From positions 512,001 through 576,000 of the forward strand of contig OZ252100.1 of assembly GCA_965248435.1 (NCBI GenBank): 64,000 nucleotides of DNA, written 5' to 3'. Origin of the DNA: Candidatus Latescibacterota bacterium (GTDB lineage Bacteria > Latescibacterota > UBA2968 > GCA-2709665). The notes under the pieces are model-generated. The model did no database searches. It was not told where the DNA came from and saw only the letters and a list, made by a program, of their open reading frames with translations. Of the stretch, positions 29,401 to 38,906 are shown in pieces. The number at the start of each line of letters is the position of its first letter. Position 1 is the first letter of the stretch. The position numbers were made by a program, and so were the translations under genes.

Positions 29401-31523
29401 CGTAAGCACGGCCGCCTCTCGGTCACCGATCGCCGAATACGTCAGGTTTGTAAACGTGGCCAGGCCTGAAAAAGCGGCTTGAGCCTGGTTCGTCAGCGTC
29501 CCTGCCGAGCTGTGATTCAAGACCACGACTTCGTCAAACCCTGTATCGACAAACCCGTTGGCGTCCTGGGCCGCGATCACGGGTTGAGCGGTCAACGGCC
29601 TTCCGCTGACCGAGCCTCCTGGTTGCGTGAGAAAGACGAGCCTCGTAGCCATCACATCAGAGACCACAGGGGCGGAGCCCACGGCCGGCAGATCTCCCTC
29701 GTCGCCTCCTGGCAGATCATCCGCCATCAATGAGAACACCTCTTGATCCGCCGTTGCCTGATAGGTCAGTGCGGTAAACGTAGCGACACCCGCGACGGGC
29801 GTCGCGAAATGGTTGATGAGTGTTCCCGCAAACCCTTCGCTCAGTGTGACCTGATCGGAAAAGCTGAGGTCCACGTTGCCGTCTGCATCCATCGCCGTTA
29901 CGGCCGGCTGAGAGGTCAACGGAATGCCGCTCACTGAACCGGCCGGCTGCACCGCAAACAGCAACTGCGTGGCAACCACATCCACGGTCACGCGATCGCT
30001 ATCACTCGCAGCTACCGGGGATCCGAGTCCACCGAGTGTGGTCGCCAACCCGTCGGATGCAAACCCAACGCGGAATGCGTGTCCTTCCATTACAAGCGTG
30101 TTCATGACACAGGCTGCAATGTAAAACCATTCCGTTCCGCCTGGTGGAAGGCTCGCCAGAGAAACGCTTGTGGGCGATCCGATCTGTATCGATGCCTGGG
30201 CAACCGAACCGATCAGCGTGTCGCCCGCATCCAGCACAGCGTCGGCGCTCTGGAAGATCTGAAGTTGGAAGAAATCGCTTGCAGTGAGACCGGTAGCTAT
30301 GGTAAGGTCAAACAGCGTAATCGTCACGCCGTCCACACTGGAGGTTCCGTCACCCGTTACTCCGACGTGAAGGATGGGGACCTGCTCCCCCGGTCGGGCG
30401 ACGATCTGGCCGAAGAGCCCGACGGCCTGTGTCGATTCGAAGATCGGTGCCGCCACCTTTCGGATCCGCCGGTTGTTTGTGTCGGCGATGAAAAGGTTTC
30501 CCGTCACGTCACCGAAAACGGCATAGGGTTGGCTCAAACTTGCACCCGTGGCCGCACCGCCGTCTCCCCCGAATCCGGAAATCCCATCTCCGACGACGGT
30601 AGTGATCGTACCAGACCCGTCCACTTTCCGGATCCTGTGGTTGTCCCGATCGGCGATGAAAAGGTCTCCGGCTGCGTTCGCGTAGACAGCCGACGGAAAG
30701 GCCAGACTGGCCAGGATGGCGGGCCCACCGTCGCCCCCGAAACCGGAACTCCCGTTTCCAGCGACGGTGGTGATCGTCCCGCCGGTCGAGACTCTTCGAA
30801 TCCTGAAGTTGAATCGGTCGGCGATATAGGCCACCCCCGATCCGTCAACGAACACACCGGATGGGAATGCAAGCTTGGCCAGCGCGGCCGGACCCCCATC
30901 ACCGGAGTAACCGAACACACCGTTTCCTGCAACGGTGGTAATCGTTCCTGAAGCGTCAACCCTCCGGACGCGGTGATTTTCACGATCCGCAAAAAACAGG
31001 TTACCCGACCCGTCTACGAAGACCCCCGTCGGGAAATTCAGCCGGGCGTCCGTCGCAGGCCCCCCATCACCGGAAAACCCGGCGTTCCCATCACCCGCGA
31101 GTGTTGTAATTACGCCTGAGGGATCGACCACACGGATACGGTGGTTGTTGGTATCCGCGATGAACAGTTTTCCGGTGCCATCCACGAACACCCCTGATGG
31201 ATCTGCAAGGCTGGCGTTCGTCGCCAACCCCCATCGCCGGAATAGCCCGAATTTCCGTCGCCTGCAACTGTGCTGATGTTGCCCAGCGGATCGACCATCC
31301 GGATCCGCCGGTTGTTGGTATCTGCGATATAGATACTTCCAGCCCCATCGGCAAAGACCCCGGCCGGGTCTGCCAGTTCCGCAGCCGTAGCAGGTCCACC
31401 ATCTCCCGAATACCCAAAACTGCCGTTTCCGGCCCTCGTCTCGATGCCCTGCGCGCTCGCGGAGCCGGCGAGAATGAGCCAGGCGTAGAACGCCATTCGC
31501 GCGACACCAAAAGGACAACCCAT
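26406..31523 (-). pseudogene. Giant exported protein: NHL repeats, Ig-like repeats, CARDB-like, cohesin-like and dockerin/EF-hand-like domains; two frameshifts (real lesion or assembly error)
   Basis: Signal peptide plus first NHL repeat in ORF 31110-31547; body in ORF 26560-31518; dockerin-like tail FPDFLLFINAF..FDQDGDGLVGFFDFLRF in ORF 26406-26615. Confidence 0.8.
28360..29985 (-). repeat. Five tandem ~109-aa Ig-like repeats within the giant gene
   Basis: DV.AT.L.F..QP....SG..L..QP...A.D..G..D..F ... DD..GG.EGDL recurs about every 327 nt. Confidence 0.85.
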
Positions 31524-31745
31524 TCTGTCACTGTGCGTTATGGACAAAAGTAAGGTGGGCGAAGCTGCTTTCGCCAGTCCTCTAATGCAGAATCAAGGGG
31601 GTTACGAATACGGGAAGGAGCTCAAGAGAAGGGCCACAGGCGCTCGCCACCGTCAGCAATCATCCCGGGTAAGGAACCGGTGTGAGCTCGACGAAAAGGG
31701 CAGGGGAGCCCCAGTACTGACGCCTGGTCCTCCAAACATAAAAAA

Positions 31746-31774
31746 AAGATAAGCCTTTGTTTTTTTTGTGTCAA
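31746..31774 (-). promoter_or_regulatory. sigma70-type promoter of the giant gene and its leader
   Basis: Minus strand TTGACA-17 nt-TATCTT. Confidence 0.7.
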
Positions 31775-31803
31775 GGAGAGATTTGCCATCACCTCGGTGG
31801 CGG

Positions 31804-31832
31804 TTGACATCCCAAAATCGATCGCCTATATT
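31804..31832 (+). promoter_or_regulatory. sigma70-type promoter of the MFS-HEAT/cNMP/secretin operon
   Basis: TTGACA-17 nt-TATATT. Confidence 0.75.
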
Positions 31833-31876
31833 ACTTGCGCTTCTGTTCGAAAATCCACTCAAACCACCCTTTTTCT

Positions 31877-34678
31877 ATGGCCTTTAGGACCCTTTCCGAC
31901 TTGCCGGCCCCTGAACGCAGCCGACTCATCTACGTTGCAGTCGGGTTCATGTGCGTTGCCACAGCCGCCCTTATCGCCCGCTCTGCGGGCGACGCCCTGT
32001 TCCTCAGCTACTACAGCACAAGCCTTCTGTCTTATATGTACTTAGGCACCGCGTTCGTCCTCATCGTCGCGTCGCTCGCCTTTGGAGCCGTAGCAGGGCG
32101 GATTCCGATCCATCGATTGATCATTCGGGCCTGCGTTGTCCTCCTGATATTGGTTCTCGGGCTGCGCGTGGCCCTGGAGAGTGACTGGGGCGGGTTCAGG
32201 ATCGCGGCATACGTCCTCAGCGATCTCCTTGTCAACATCCCCATGCTGCTCTTCTGGAGTTTCGCCGCCCTCGCGTTCAACCCACGGGAAGCAAAACGTC
32301 TCTTCGGGTTCATCGGCGCCGGAGGCACCGCTGCGTGCATTCTGGCTGGATTCGTCGTTCGGCCGCTTGCTTCACAGTTCGGAACGCCCAACCTCCTGAT
32401 CATCGTCGCCTTGCTGATTGCGGGATTTATGGTTTCTGTAGCCAGGGTTTCGAAATCGGAAGCGTCCGGACCCACGTCTGCAACGCCTGGCAGCCGAACA
32501 GGAAAGCGTCCTTCTCACCTCAGCTACTACATCGGCCTCCTTAAAACGGCTCAAATCCGCGGTATGGTCCTGCTGGTCGCTTCCGCGACCGTGGCCTTGA
32601 CGGTCGTGGACTATCAGTTCAAGGCCGGCGCACGCCTGCACTTCGAGGGTGCGGAACTCGCAGGATTCTTCGGAAATTTCTACGCCATCGCGAGCATCGT
32701 CGCCCTGCTGCTCCAGCTCTTTGTGGTCCACCGCATCCTTCAGGTCGGCGGCGTCATGCTTGGCCTGTCCCTGCTGCCCTGCGGACTCTTTCTCACAACG
32801 GTCGGCACCACCGTATTCGGGGAGTTCTCGTGGATGGTCTCCGCAAAGTTCATGGTCCAGATCCTCTCCTTCACGGTTGACGGTGCCGCACTTCAGATGC
32901 TCTACCTTGGCATCGCCAAGCAGTCTCGCAGCCAGGCCCGTGCCTTCGTAGAGGGGATCGGAAAGCCGGTGGCCATTGCCCTGACCGGCGCCGCGTTGGT
33001 CGGGACGGTAAAGGTTGTCCCCTTACACATTCTGGCCGTGGGCGGGGCCATCTTCTCTGTCTGCTGGTTCGTTTTGGTGCGTCGCAACTCCGTGGCCTAT
33101 GTCTCTGCCCTTGTCGATTCCATCGGCGCAGGGCGTCTGGACCTCTCACAGGAGACTTCGGCATTTCACGATAAGACATTCGAGACTCACGTTCGGCTGG
33201 CACTGTCCTCGGCGAAGGACGACGAGGTGCCCTATCTTCTGGATCTGCTCCCTGAAATAGGAGACGTGGACTGGACGCCGGAATTTCGGACATTGCTTAA
33301 GCGTGACGATCCGGATGTCAAAATCGCGGCCATCGGCTACCTCACGCAGCACGCGGACGAACAGGACCAGAACGTCCTCCTGATGCTGACGCATCACGAG
33401 GACCCGAGAGTTCGTTCTTCCGCGATCCATGCCTCGGCCCGGATGGCCGAGCAGGAGGCCCTCGACGAAATCAGTCAAAGTCTCATAGACCCCCATCCCC
33501 AGGTCCGGGGAGCTGCCGCTGCGGCATTGATCAACAGCGGGGACCTGGATAGCCTTCTTGGCGCGGGCGTAGTCCTCAAAGAAATGCTTGGCTCCCAGAG
33601 AGTAGAGGATCGGGAGGCGGCCGCAGATACCCTGGCCCACATCCGGATCGGTGGCCTGAGCCGTCCGCTGATCGGCCTGCTCCAGGATTCTGAAACCGTG
33701 GTGAAACGACGCGCCCTCGAAGCCTGCAAGCGGCGCCCTGACGCCAAATTGATCCCTGTGGTCATTCCCATGCTTGCGGACCCCTATTTAGCCCCCGAGG
33801 CTGCCGACACCCTAACCGCCTTCGAGTCAGATATCCTTGACCATCTTATTCCCTACATCCAGCTTTCTGGCATGGATGGCGCATTTACCGGGTCATTCCG
33901 GGTACCTGAGATCCTTTCTCGAATCGGGGATCTCAGCTCAATTCCAGCCCTGCTCCAGGCGTGCGAGGCGCCCGATTTGTACCTGAGAAAAGAGGCCATC
34001 GGGGCCTACTGCCGCCTGGTGCAGTCTGCACCCTCTCTCAAGCCTTACGTGCCGGATCTTCAAAGGATCGCCAATCGGGAAGTTGCGGCGGCCAGGAATC
34101 GCCAACAGACCCTTCACCAGCTTATGGAAGCTCAGGAGGCCACAGTCCTGCGAGACGCCCTGCGCGCCGAACTCAACGCCCACCTTCAAAACGTTTTCAC
34201 GCTACTCGATACCTCGACTCCGGACGTGAACATGCAGACGATCTACCTCAGCCTGACCCGCGGGACCCCGGAAAGCCGTGCGAATGCCCTCGAGGTTCTT
34301 GACAATGTCCTGGAGGGAGACCTTAAGGGCGGTCTGCTGAGCCTGCTCGAGTCGACCGATACGAAGCCGCCCACTCGAACCACACCTGCCAGGATCTATC
34401 TTTCTCTTCTGGAGGATGAAGCGCCGGAATGGGTGACCGCCGGGGCCCTTTATGCCGCCACTGAAGAAGAGACTGGAGTGGCGGGTGACGTAGCTCGCAA
34501 GTTTCTCTCCCACGACAGTGCAGTCGTGAGAGAAACCGCGCTTTTCGCCATGAGTGAGCTGACCGGCAAAGACGAGCTTCACGATTCGGCGTCCGAGCTG
34601 ATGCAAGATCCGGACCCGCTCGTTCGGCGGCTGGCTGCCTCCCTGACATCGACGGGTGAAGGAGGACGTCAGATTTGA
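31877..34678 (+). CDS. Npt/TLC (ATP:ADP translocase-like) MFS transporter with C-terminal HEAT repeats
   Basis: About 12 TMs with DALFL, FNPREAKRLFG.IG.GG, VDYQFK; then D..VR..A HEAT units and RANALEVLDN. Confidence 0.85.
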   Translation: MAFRTLSDLPAPERSRLIYVAVGFMCVATAALIARSAGDALFLSYYSTSLLSYMYLGTAFVLIVASLAFGAVAGRIPIHRLIIRACVVLLILVLGLRVALESDWGGFRIAAYVLSDLLVNIPMLLFWSFAALAFNPREAKRLFGFIGAGGTAACILAGFVVRPLASQFGTPNLLIIVALLIAGFMVSVARVSKSEASGPTSATPGSRTGKRPSHLSYYIGLLKTAQIRGMVLLVASATVALTVVDYQFKAGARLHFEGAELAGFFGNFYAIASIVALLLQLFVVHRILQVGGVMLGLSLLPCGLFLTTVGTTVFGEFSWMVSAKFMVQILSFTVDGAALQMLYLGIAKQSRSQARAFVEGIGKPVAIALTGAALVGTVKVVPLHILAVGGAIFSVCWFVLVRRNSVAYVSALVDSIGAGRLDLSQETSAFHDKTFETHVRLALSSAKDDEVPYLLDLLPEIGDVDWTPEFRTLLKRDDPDVKIAAIGYLTQHADEQDQNVLLMLTHHEDPRVRSSAIHASARMAEQEALDEISQSLIDPHPQVRGAAAAALINSGDLDSLLGAGVVLKEMLGSQRVEDREAAADTLAHIRIGGLSRPLIGLLQDSETVVKRRALEACKRRPDAKLIPVVIPMLADPYLAPEAADTLTAFESDILDHLIPYIQLSGMDGAFTGSFRVPEILSRIGDLSSIPALLQACEAPDLYLRKEAIGAYCRLVQSAPSLKPYVPDLQRIANREVAAARNRQQTLHQLMEAQEATVLRDALRAELNAHLQNVFTLLDTSTPDVNMQTIYLSLTRGTPESRANALEVLDNVLEGDLKGGLLSLLESTDTKPPTRTTPARIYLSLLEDEAPEWVTAGALYAATEEETGVAGDVARKFLSHDSAVVRETALFAMSELTGKDELHDSASELMQDPDPLVRRLAASLTSTGEGGRQI

Positions 34679-35139
34679 TTACCGTCCAGAAGATCCTCTT
34701 CCTCAGGAACGTGCCCCTGTTTTCCGGTATGCCTCCGGCCGAACTTCGTCACCTTGCAGGCATCGCCGAAGAGGTCGTCTATTCTGCGGGGGAACCGATT
34801 ATAACCGGCGGTGAGCACGGGGATACGATGTTTCTGATCGTGGAAGGGGAAGTTCGAATTCACCGTGACCAAGAAGAGTTGGCCATCCTGAAGCAAAAGG
34901 CCTATTTTGGAGAGATGAGCATCCTGGACGGCGAACCGCGATCTGCATCCGTGTCTGCTGTCACGGACTGCCTCCTCCTCCGAATCAGCCAAACGGATTT
35001 CTATGACATCCTCTCCCGCCATTTCGAGGTCGCGATGACCATCATCCGAACGCTCACGCAGCGGCTGCGCGAGTCGCAAGCGGCATCTATGAACCCTACG
35101 CCAGAGGAAACGGTGGCCAATGAGCAAGATCCAGCATAA
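34675..35139 (+). CDS. Stand-alone cyclic nucleotide-binding domain protein
   Basis: KILFLRNVPLF, GEHGDTMFLIVEGEV, FGEMSILDGEPRSASV. Confidence 0.9.
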   Translation: MITVQKILFLRNVPLFSGMPPAELRHLAGIAEEVVYSAGEPIITGGEHGDTMFLIVEGEVRIHRDQEELAILKQKAYFGEMSILDGEPRSASVSAVTDCLLLRISQTDFYDILSRHFEVAMTIIRTLTQRLRESQAASMNPTPEETVANEQDPA

Positions 35140-37613
35140 GACCGCATACGCAGCCCTCGCCCTACCTTGCCTTCTCTTATTCTGTGATCTGGCGTGGGGC
35201 CAAGCTGCCTATCCCGATTATGCAGCGACGAGTGGACCACAGGCCTTTTCCACCCCCTCGCCCCACCGTGGCCTTTCCAAGACCAGGCAGCTCCTCAACA
35301 GCGTTGCCGCTCAGGTCTCGCTCTTCCTGAACTATCAGGAAAGCCAGGCTTCGGACAGAACCTGGAAGACAGAAGGACTTCCCGGACTTTCGGGGGCCCG
35401 TTATTTCACCAAATCGGTGGGCGGTGGAACCTACAGGACCGTCGAAGCGGCCATCTTGCCAGACCCGAAGGGGGGATACGAACTCTACTTCTATGGAACC
35501 GAGACCTACGCGGACCGTAGTCAGGCCCCGAACCCCGACCTGGCCACCATCCAGACAAGCGTGCAGACCTTGGTGCAAGGCGTTAGGACAAAACTTGAAT
35601 CGCCAGGGATGCAGGACCTTGGATACCAGGTTTACCACCTCAGCTACCTTCAAACCGACAGAGCCATCGCCCTGCTCAAATCGCTTGGCTTCACTACGAT
35701 CGAGTACAGCCAGCAGGCCGGCGAAACCGCCAACGACCGTATTTATGCTCCCATCCAGAACGGCCAGTGGCGCCTGCCCGTCATCGTCAAGATGATTGAT
35801 GCGACCAAAACCAGTCTGATGGACCCCGCACCGGCAGCGGGCGGATATGGCGGCCAGCAACAACAAGGTTACGGACAGACCTACTCGGCGGTTCCCGACA
35901 TCGGGGGCACGTTCCTCCATCAGATGACTTCAGGAGAGCCCCAGCAGCGCGTCCTTATTATCTACAACAAGAACGACCCCGAACCCATGGAATCCCTCCT
36001 CAATCTGTTGCGGGAAAAGATCGATGTGCCGGCGCGCCAGATCGTCATCGAGGCCCTGGTCATCGAAATCAATACCGATCGATTGAAGGACATCGGGATG
36101 TCGATCCGTGCAGGAAAGGATGATTACGACATCTCATTTGAAGAGGACCAGGCCGGCAACGCCCTGCCGTTCACCTTTACGTTCGACCGGAATCGCTTCG
36201 GAGACATCCTCTTCTTCAGGAACAGCCTGAGGGCATTGATCTCATCAGGAGATGCGGAGCTCCTCTCGAGTCCATCCGTCCTCGTCCTGGACGGTCGTCA
36301 GGCGCGTATCCAGGTGGGCCAGCAGGTCCCCGTGGTCAAATCTACCGCAACCTCGGCCGGCATTACCTCCTCGGTCGACTACTTCCCTGTGGGAATCGTC
36401 TTAAATCTTCGCCCGCGTATCAGTGAAGACGGCACTGACATCACGATGCAGGTGGAGACGATCGTCAGCGCGGTCAATCAAGCCGCCTCGGGACAATCCG
36501 GTGACGTATTCTTTGCACCCACAGTCGACAACCGTCAGGTCCAGACCTTCGTGCGCGTGGCGGATAATACGCCCTTCATCATCGGGGGCTTGATTTCGAC
36601 GAACAAACAGGAGAAGAATGTGGGCATCCCCATCCTCTCTCAAATCCCGATCCTCGGTCTCCCCTTCCGACGCAAGGTCATCGACAACGAGAAGAAGGAA
36701 GTCATCGTCGTCCTCACGCCTCACGTGGTGCCCCTTGAGGAGAAGAGCTTCAGCTACGTTATCCCGAAAGATTCGGACATATTCAACGCCTTCGGCTACA
36801 AACTGTTCAGAAACGCTTACCGGATTCGCGACGACGACGTCTTCGACCTGAGGTTCGTCTACGAGAGCGACATCTATTCGAACCTGCTCACTACTATCCT
36901 GCTGGAAACCGAAGCAGATATCATGCTCAAGAAGGAGGAGCCTTTCGCCTCTCTCGCGGAAGGGGCAGTACCTGGGGAAGAGATCCTGGTCCGGCGGATG
37001 CTCTGGGAAGTCATTTTCAAGACCGACTTTACTCAATACATCGACGTAGAGCGCATGATCCTGCTGGAAGACAAACCGGCCGCACCCGACAGCAGCGGGT
37101 TTCAGATCGCATTACTGAACAACCTGTTGGGCCTTCGAGATCAGAATAAGCAGAACACCCTGCGCCTGAGCTTCGAGGCACGGCCGCGCGGCACACCCAA
37201 ACACCCCTTTGTGCCCCCCAAATCCGAGATCACCTTCCAGAACATCCCTTCTCCAGACGACTATATCTCGGAGCTGATGAAGGGAAACAAGCGCCTGCCC
37301 GACGGACGCCCCGATCTCTGGACCATCCTGCTCTCGGATCTAAACCCACGCGGCGTCCGCGGGGCGACGGCCCTCAAGGTCCTGCAGGGCGTAATGGTCC
37401 TAAAGCGCGTCCTCGCGCTCAACACGACCATGCCGCTGACGATCAAGGAGTTCCGCGTGGGCCGGCAGATCATCTTCCCGACCGAACAGGACCTGAAGCA
37501 GCGACGCGGCCCGGTTCTTCTACGAAGTGATCCAGTACTATCCCGAATTCGAAAAGGCCTTCAGCCGTGAGATGCGCGCTGCCCAGAATCTCCTCGGGGC
37601 AACCAACTGGTAA
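35120..37613 (+). CDS. Orphan secretin (GspD/PilQ-like) with long C-terminal extension; probable frameshift near 37500 (annotated frame stops at 37570)
   Basis: Signal peptide, IDVPARQIVIEALVIE, LSSPS..VLDG..A.I.VG, VGIVL.L.P.I, IIGGLI, GIPILSQIPILG..F, EVIVVLTPHVV. Confidence 0.85.
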
Positions 37614-37768
37614 CGGCCGTCGTTGTTGGATCGCAACCCCACGGAATTCGGAACTGTTGCAAGCGAGCAACAAATGGGGACAAAATTCACACTTTCGCCC
37701 CCATTTTCATTCTCAAGAATTCTCACTATCTCATTGATAATAAATCAATTGTCGCATTCACGTCCTTG

Positions 37769-37783
37769 TGGCACGCCCTTTGT
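37769..37783 (+). promoter_or_regulatory. sigma54-like -24/-12 promoter
   Basis: TGGCACG-CCCT-TTGT (consensus TGGCACG-N4-TTGC, last base differs); AT-rich IHF-like tract upstream. Confidence 0.55.
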
Positions 37784-37831
37784 TTAGGTATCCTACAGTC
37801 GAGCCGGAACCGTTTCTACAGGAGGAGGCCT

Positions 37832-38752
37832 ATGAAGCATCTATTCATGATTCTTGTGTCAGCACTCGTCGTTTTCTCGTCTCAGATCTGCGAAGCAGAT
37901 CAAAGGGACGACACCGTTCACCTTCAAGGCGCGGGCCAGACCTCCATGTTTTACGGCCTCGACGCCAATCCCGACGCGTACATCTATGTCGCGTCACCGG
38001 GGGCGGTCCTGGATGCACTCCCGGGCGAATGGCCCGGCGTCCGGATTCCGCAGGCACAGGCCTGGCCGGTCGTGCCGCCCGTTCTGAGAGACAAACCCTC
38101 TCCGATGTGGCCGGATCAAAGCGACATCGTGATGGACGAGTCCCCAAACCTCAGCTCCCTGAACGGCCTGAGCGGTTACTTTTCGAGTGCTACGGGTGGG
38201 TTTGGTTTCAGGTTCGGATATGACAGGCGCGTGACTCCTGTAACGCGCCTGACCGCAGGTATGGAATTCCTCACATACGGTTTCCAGCAGGCCCTAAAGC
38301 GTCTGGGTTCTGACATGCCCGCCGGCGTGACCCGCGTTACGCTCGTATCGATTCCCGTGGGTCTACAGCGCCAGTTCCGGCAGAACGGCCGCGTCGTGCC
38401 TTTCGTCGGTCTTGGTGCCGGCCCGTACTTTCGGTTCGACCACCAGACCGTCTCTAGGGGCTACTACCCTGGAGGCATGAGTTTCTCCGCTGGCTCGAGC
38501 TATCTCAGGAATGGCGGTCAAAGCAATGCCCTGGGACTCGGAATCGGGCTCCCGTTCGAGGGCGCACCCACGATTTCTGCCACCCTTGGCGGCTACGTTG
38601 GCTCCGGGTTAGACATCCGCGTTGGAGCGGACCAGGATTTCGCCATCACTCTGGATGGCAGATACACGCTCGCCCGATTTACGGAGGCCCTGGGTTCTCC
38701 CGGCGATCTCAGCGGCTTCTCTCTGGGCATTGGTTTCGGAAGGTATTTCTAA
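37832..38752 (+). CDS. Outer-membrane beta-barrel protein (OmpW/OmpA-barrel-like)
   Basis: ggaggagg RBS, signal peptide, PFVGLGAGPY, GGYVGSG.D, C-terminal GFGRYF beta-signal. Confidence 0.75.
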   Translation: MKHLFMILVSALVVFSSQICEADQRDDTVHLQGAGQTSMFYGLDANPDAYIYVASPGAVLDALPGEWPGVRIPQAQAWPVVPPVLRDKPSPMWPDQSDIVMDESPNLSSLNGLSGYFSSATGGFGFRFGYDRRVTPVTRLTAGMEFLTYGFQQALKRLGSDMPAGVTRVTLVSIPVGLQRQFRQNGRVVPFVGLGAGPYFRFDHQTVSRGYYPGGMSFSAGSSYLRNGGQSNALGLGIGLPFEGAPTISATLGGYVGSGLDIRVGADQDFAITLDGRYTLARFTEALGSPGDLSGFSLGIGFGRYF

Positions 38753-38773
38753 CCTCCACCTCCTTAATCAGAC

Positions 38774-38807
38774 AAGCGGCGCAGGAGCTGGGCTCCTGCG
38801 CCGCTTT
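38774..38807 (+). terminator. Intrinsic terminator
   Basis: aagcggcgcaggagc-tgg-gctcctgcgccgcttt perfect 15-bp stem. Confidence 0.85.
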
Positions 38808-38906
38808 CATTTGACCGCTCACGCCCGTTGGCAATTCACCTGGACAAGAGGTGAGGCTGCGTAGCCGGTTTGCGGTACCCGTGCTTTGCTTTTCCGTTAG
38901 CCTATC

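Noticed and set aside
28360-31450. Periodic DNA repeats as a CRISPR-like or TIGR-like array
   Set aside because: The repeats are in-frame, degenerate at codon third positions and encode protein domains; no cas-like genes nearby
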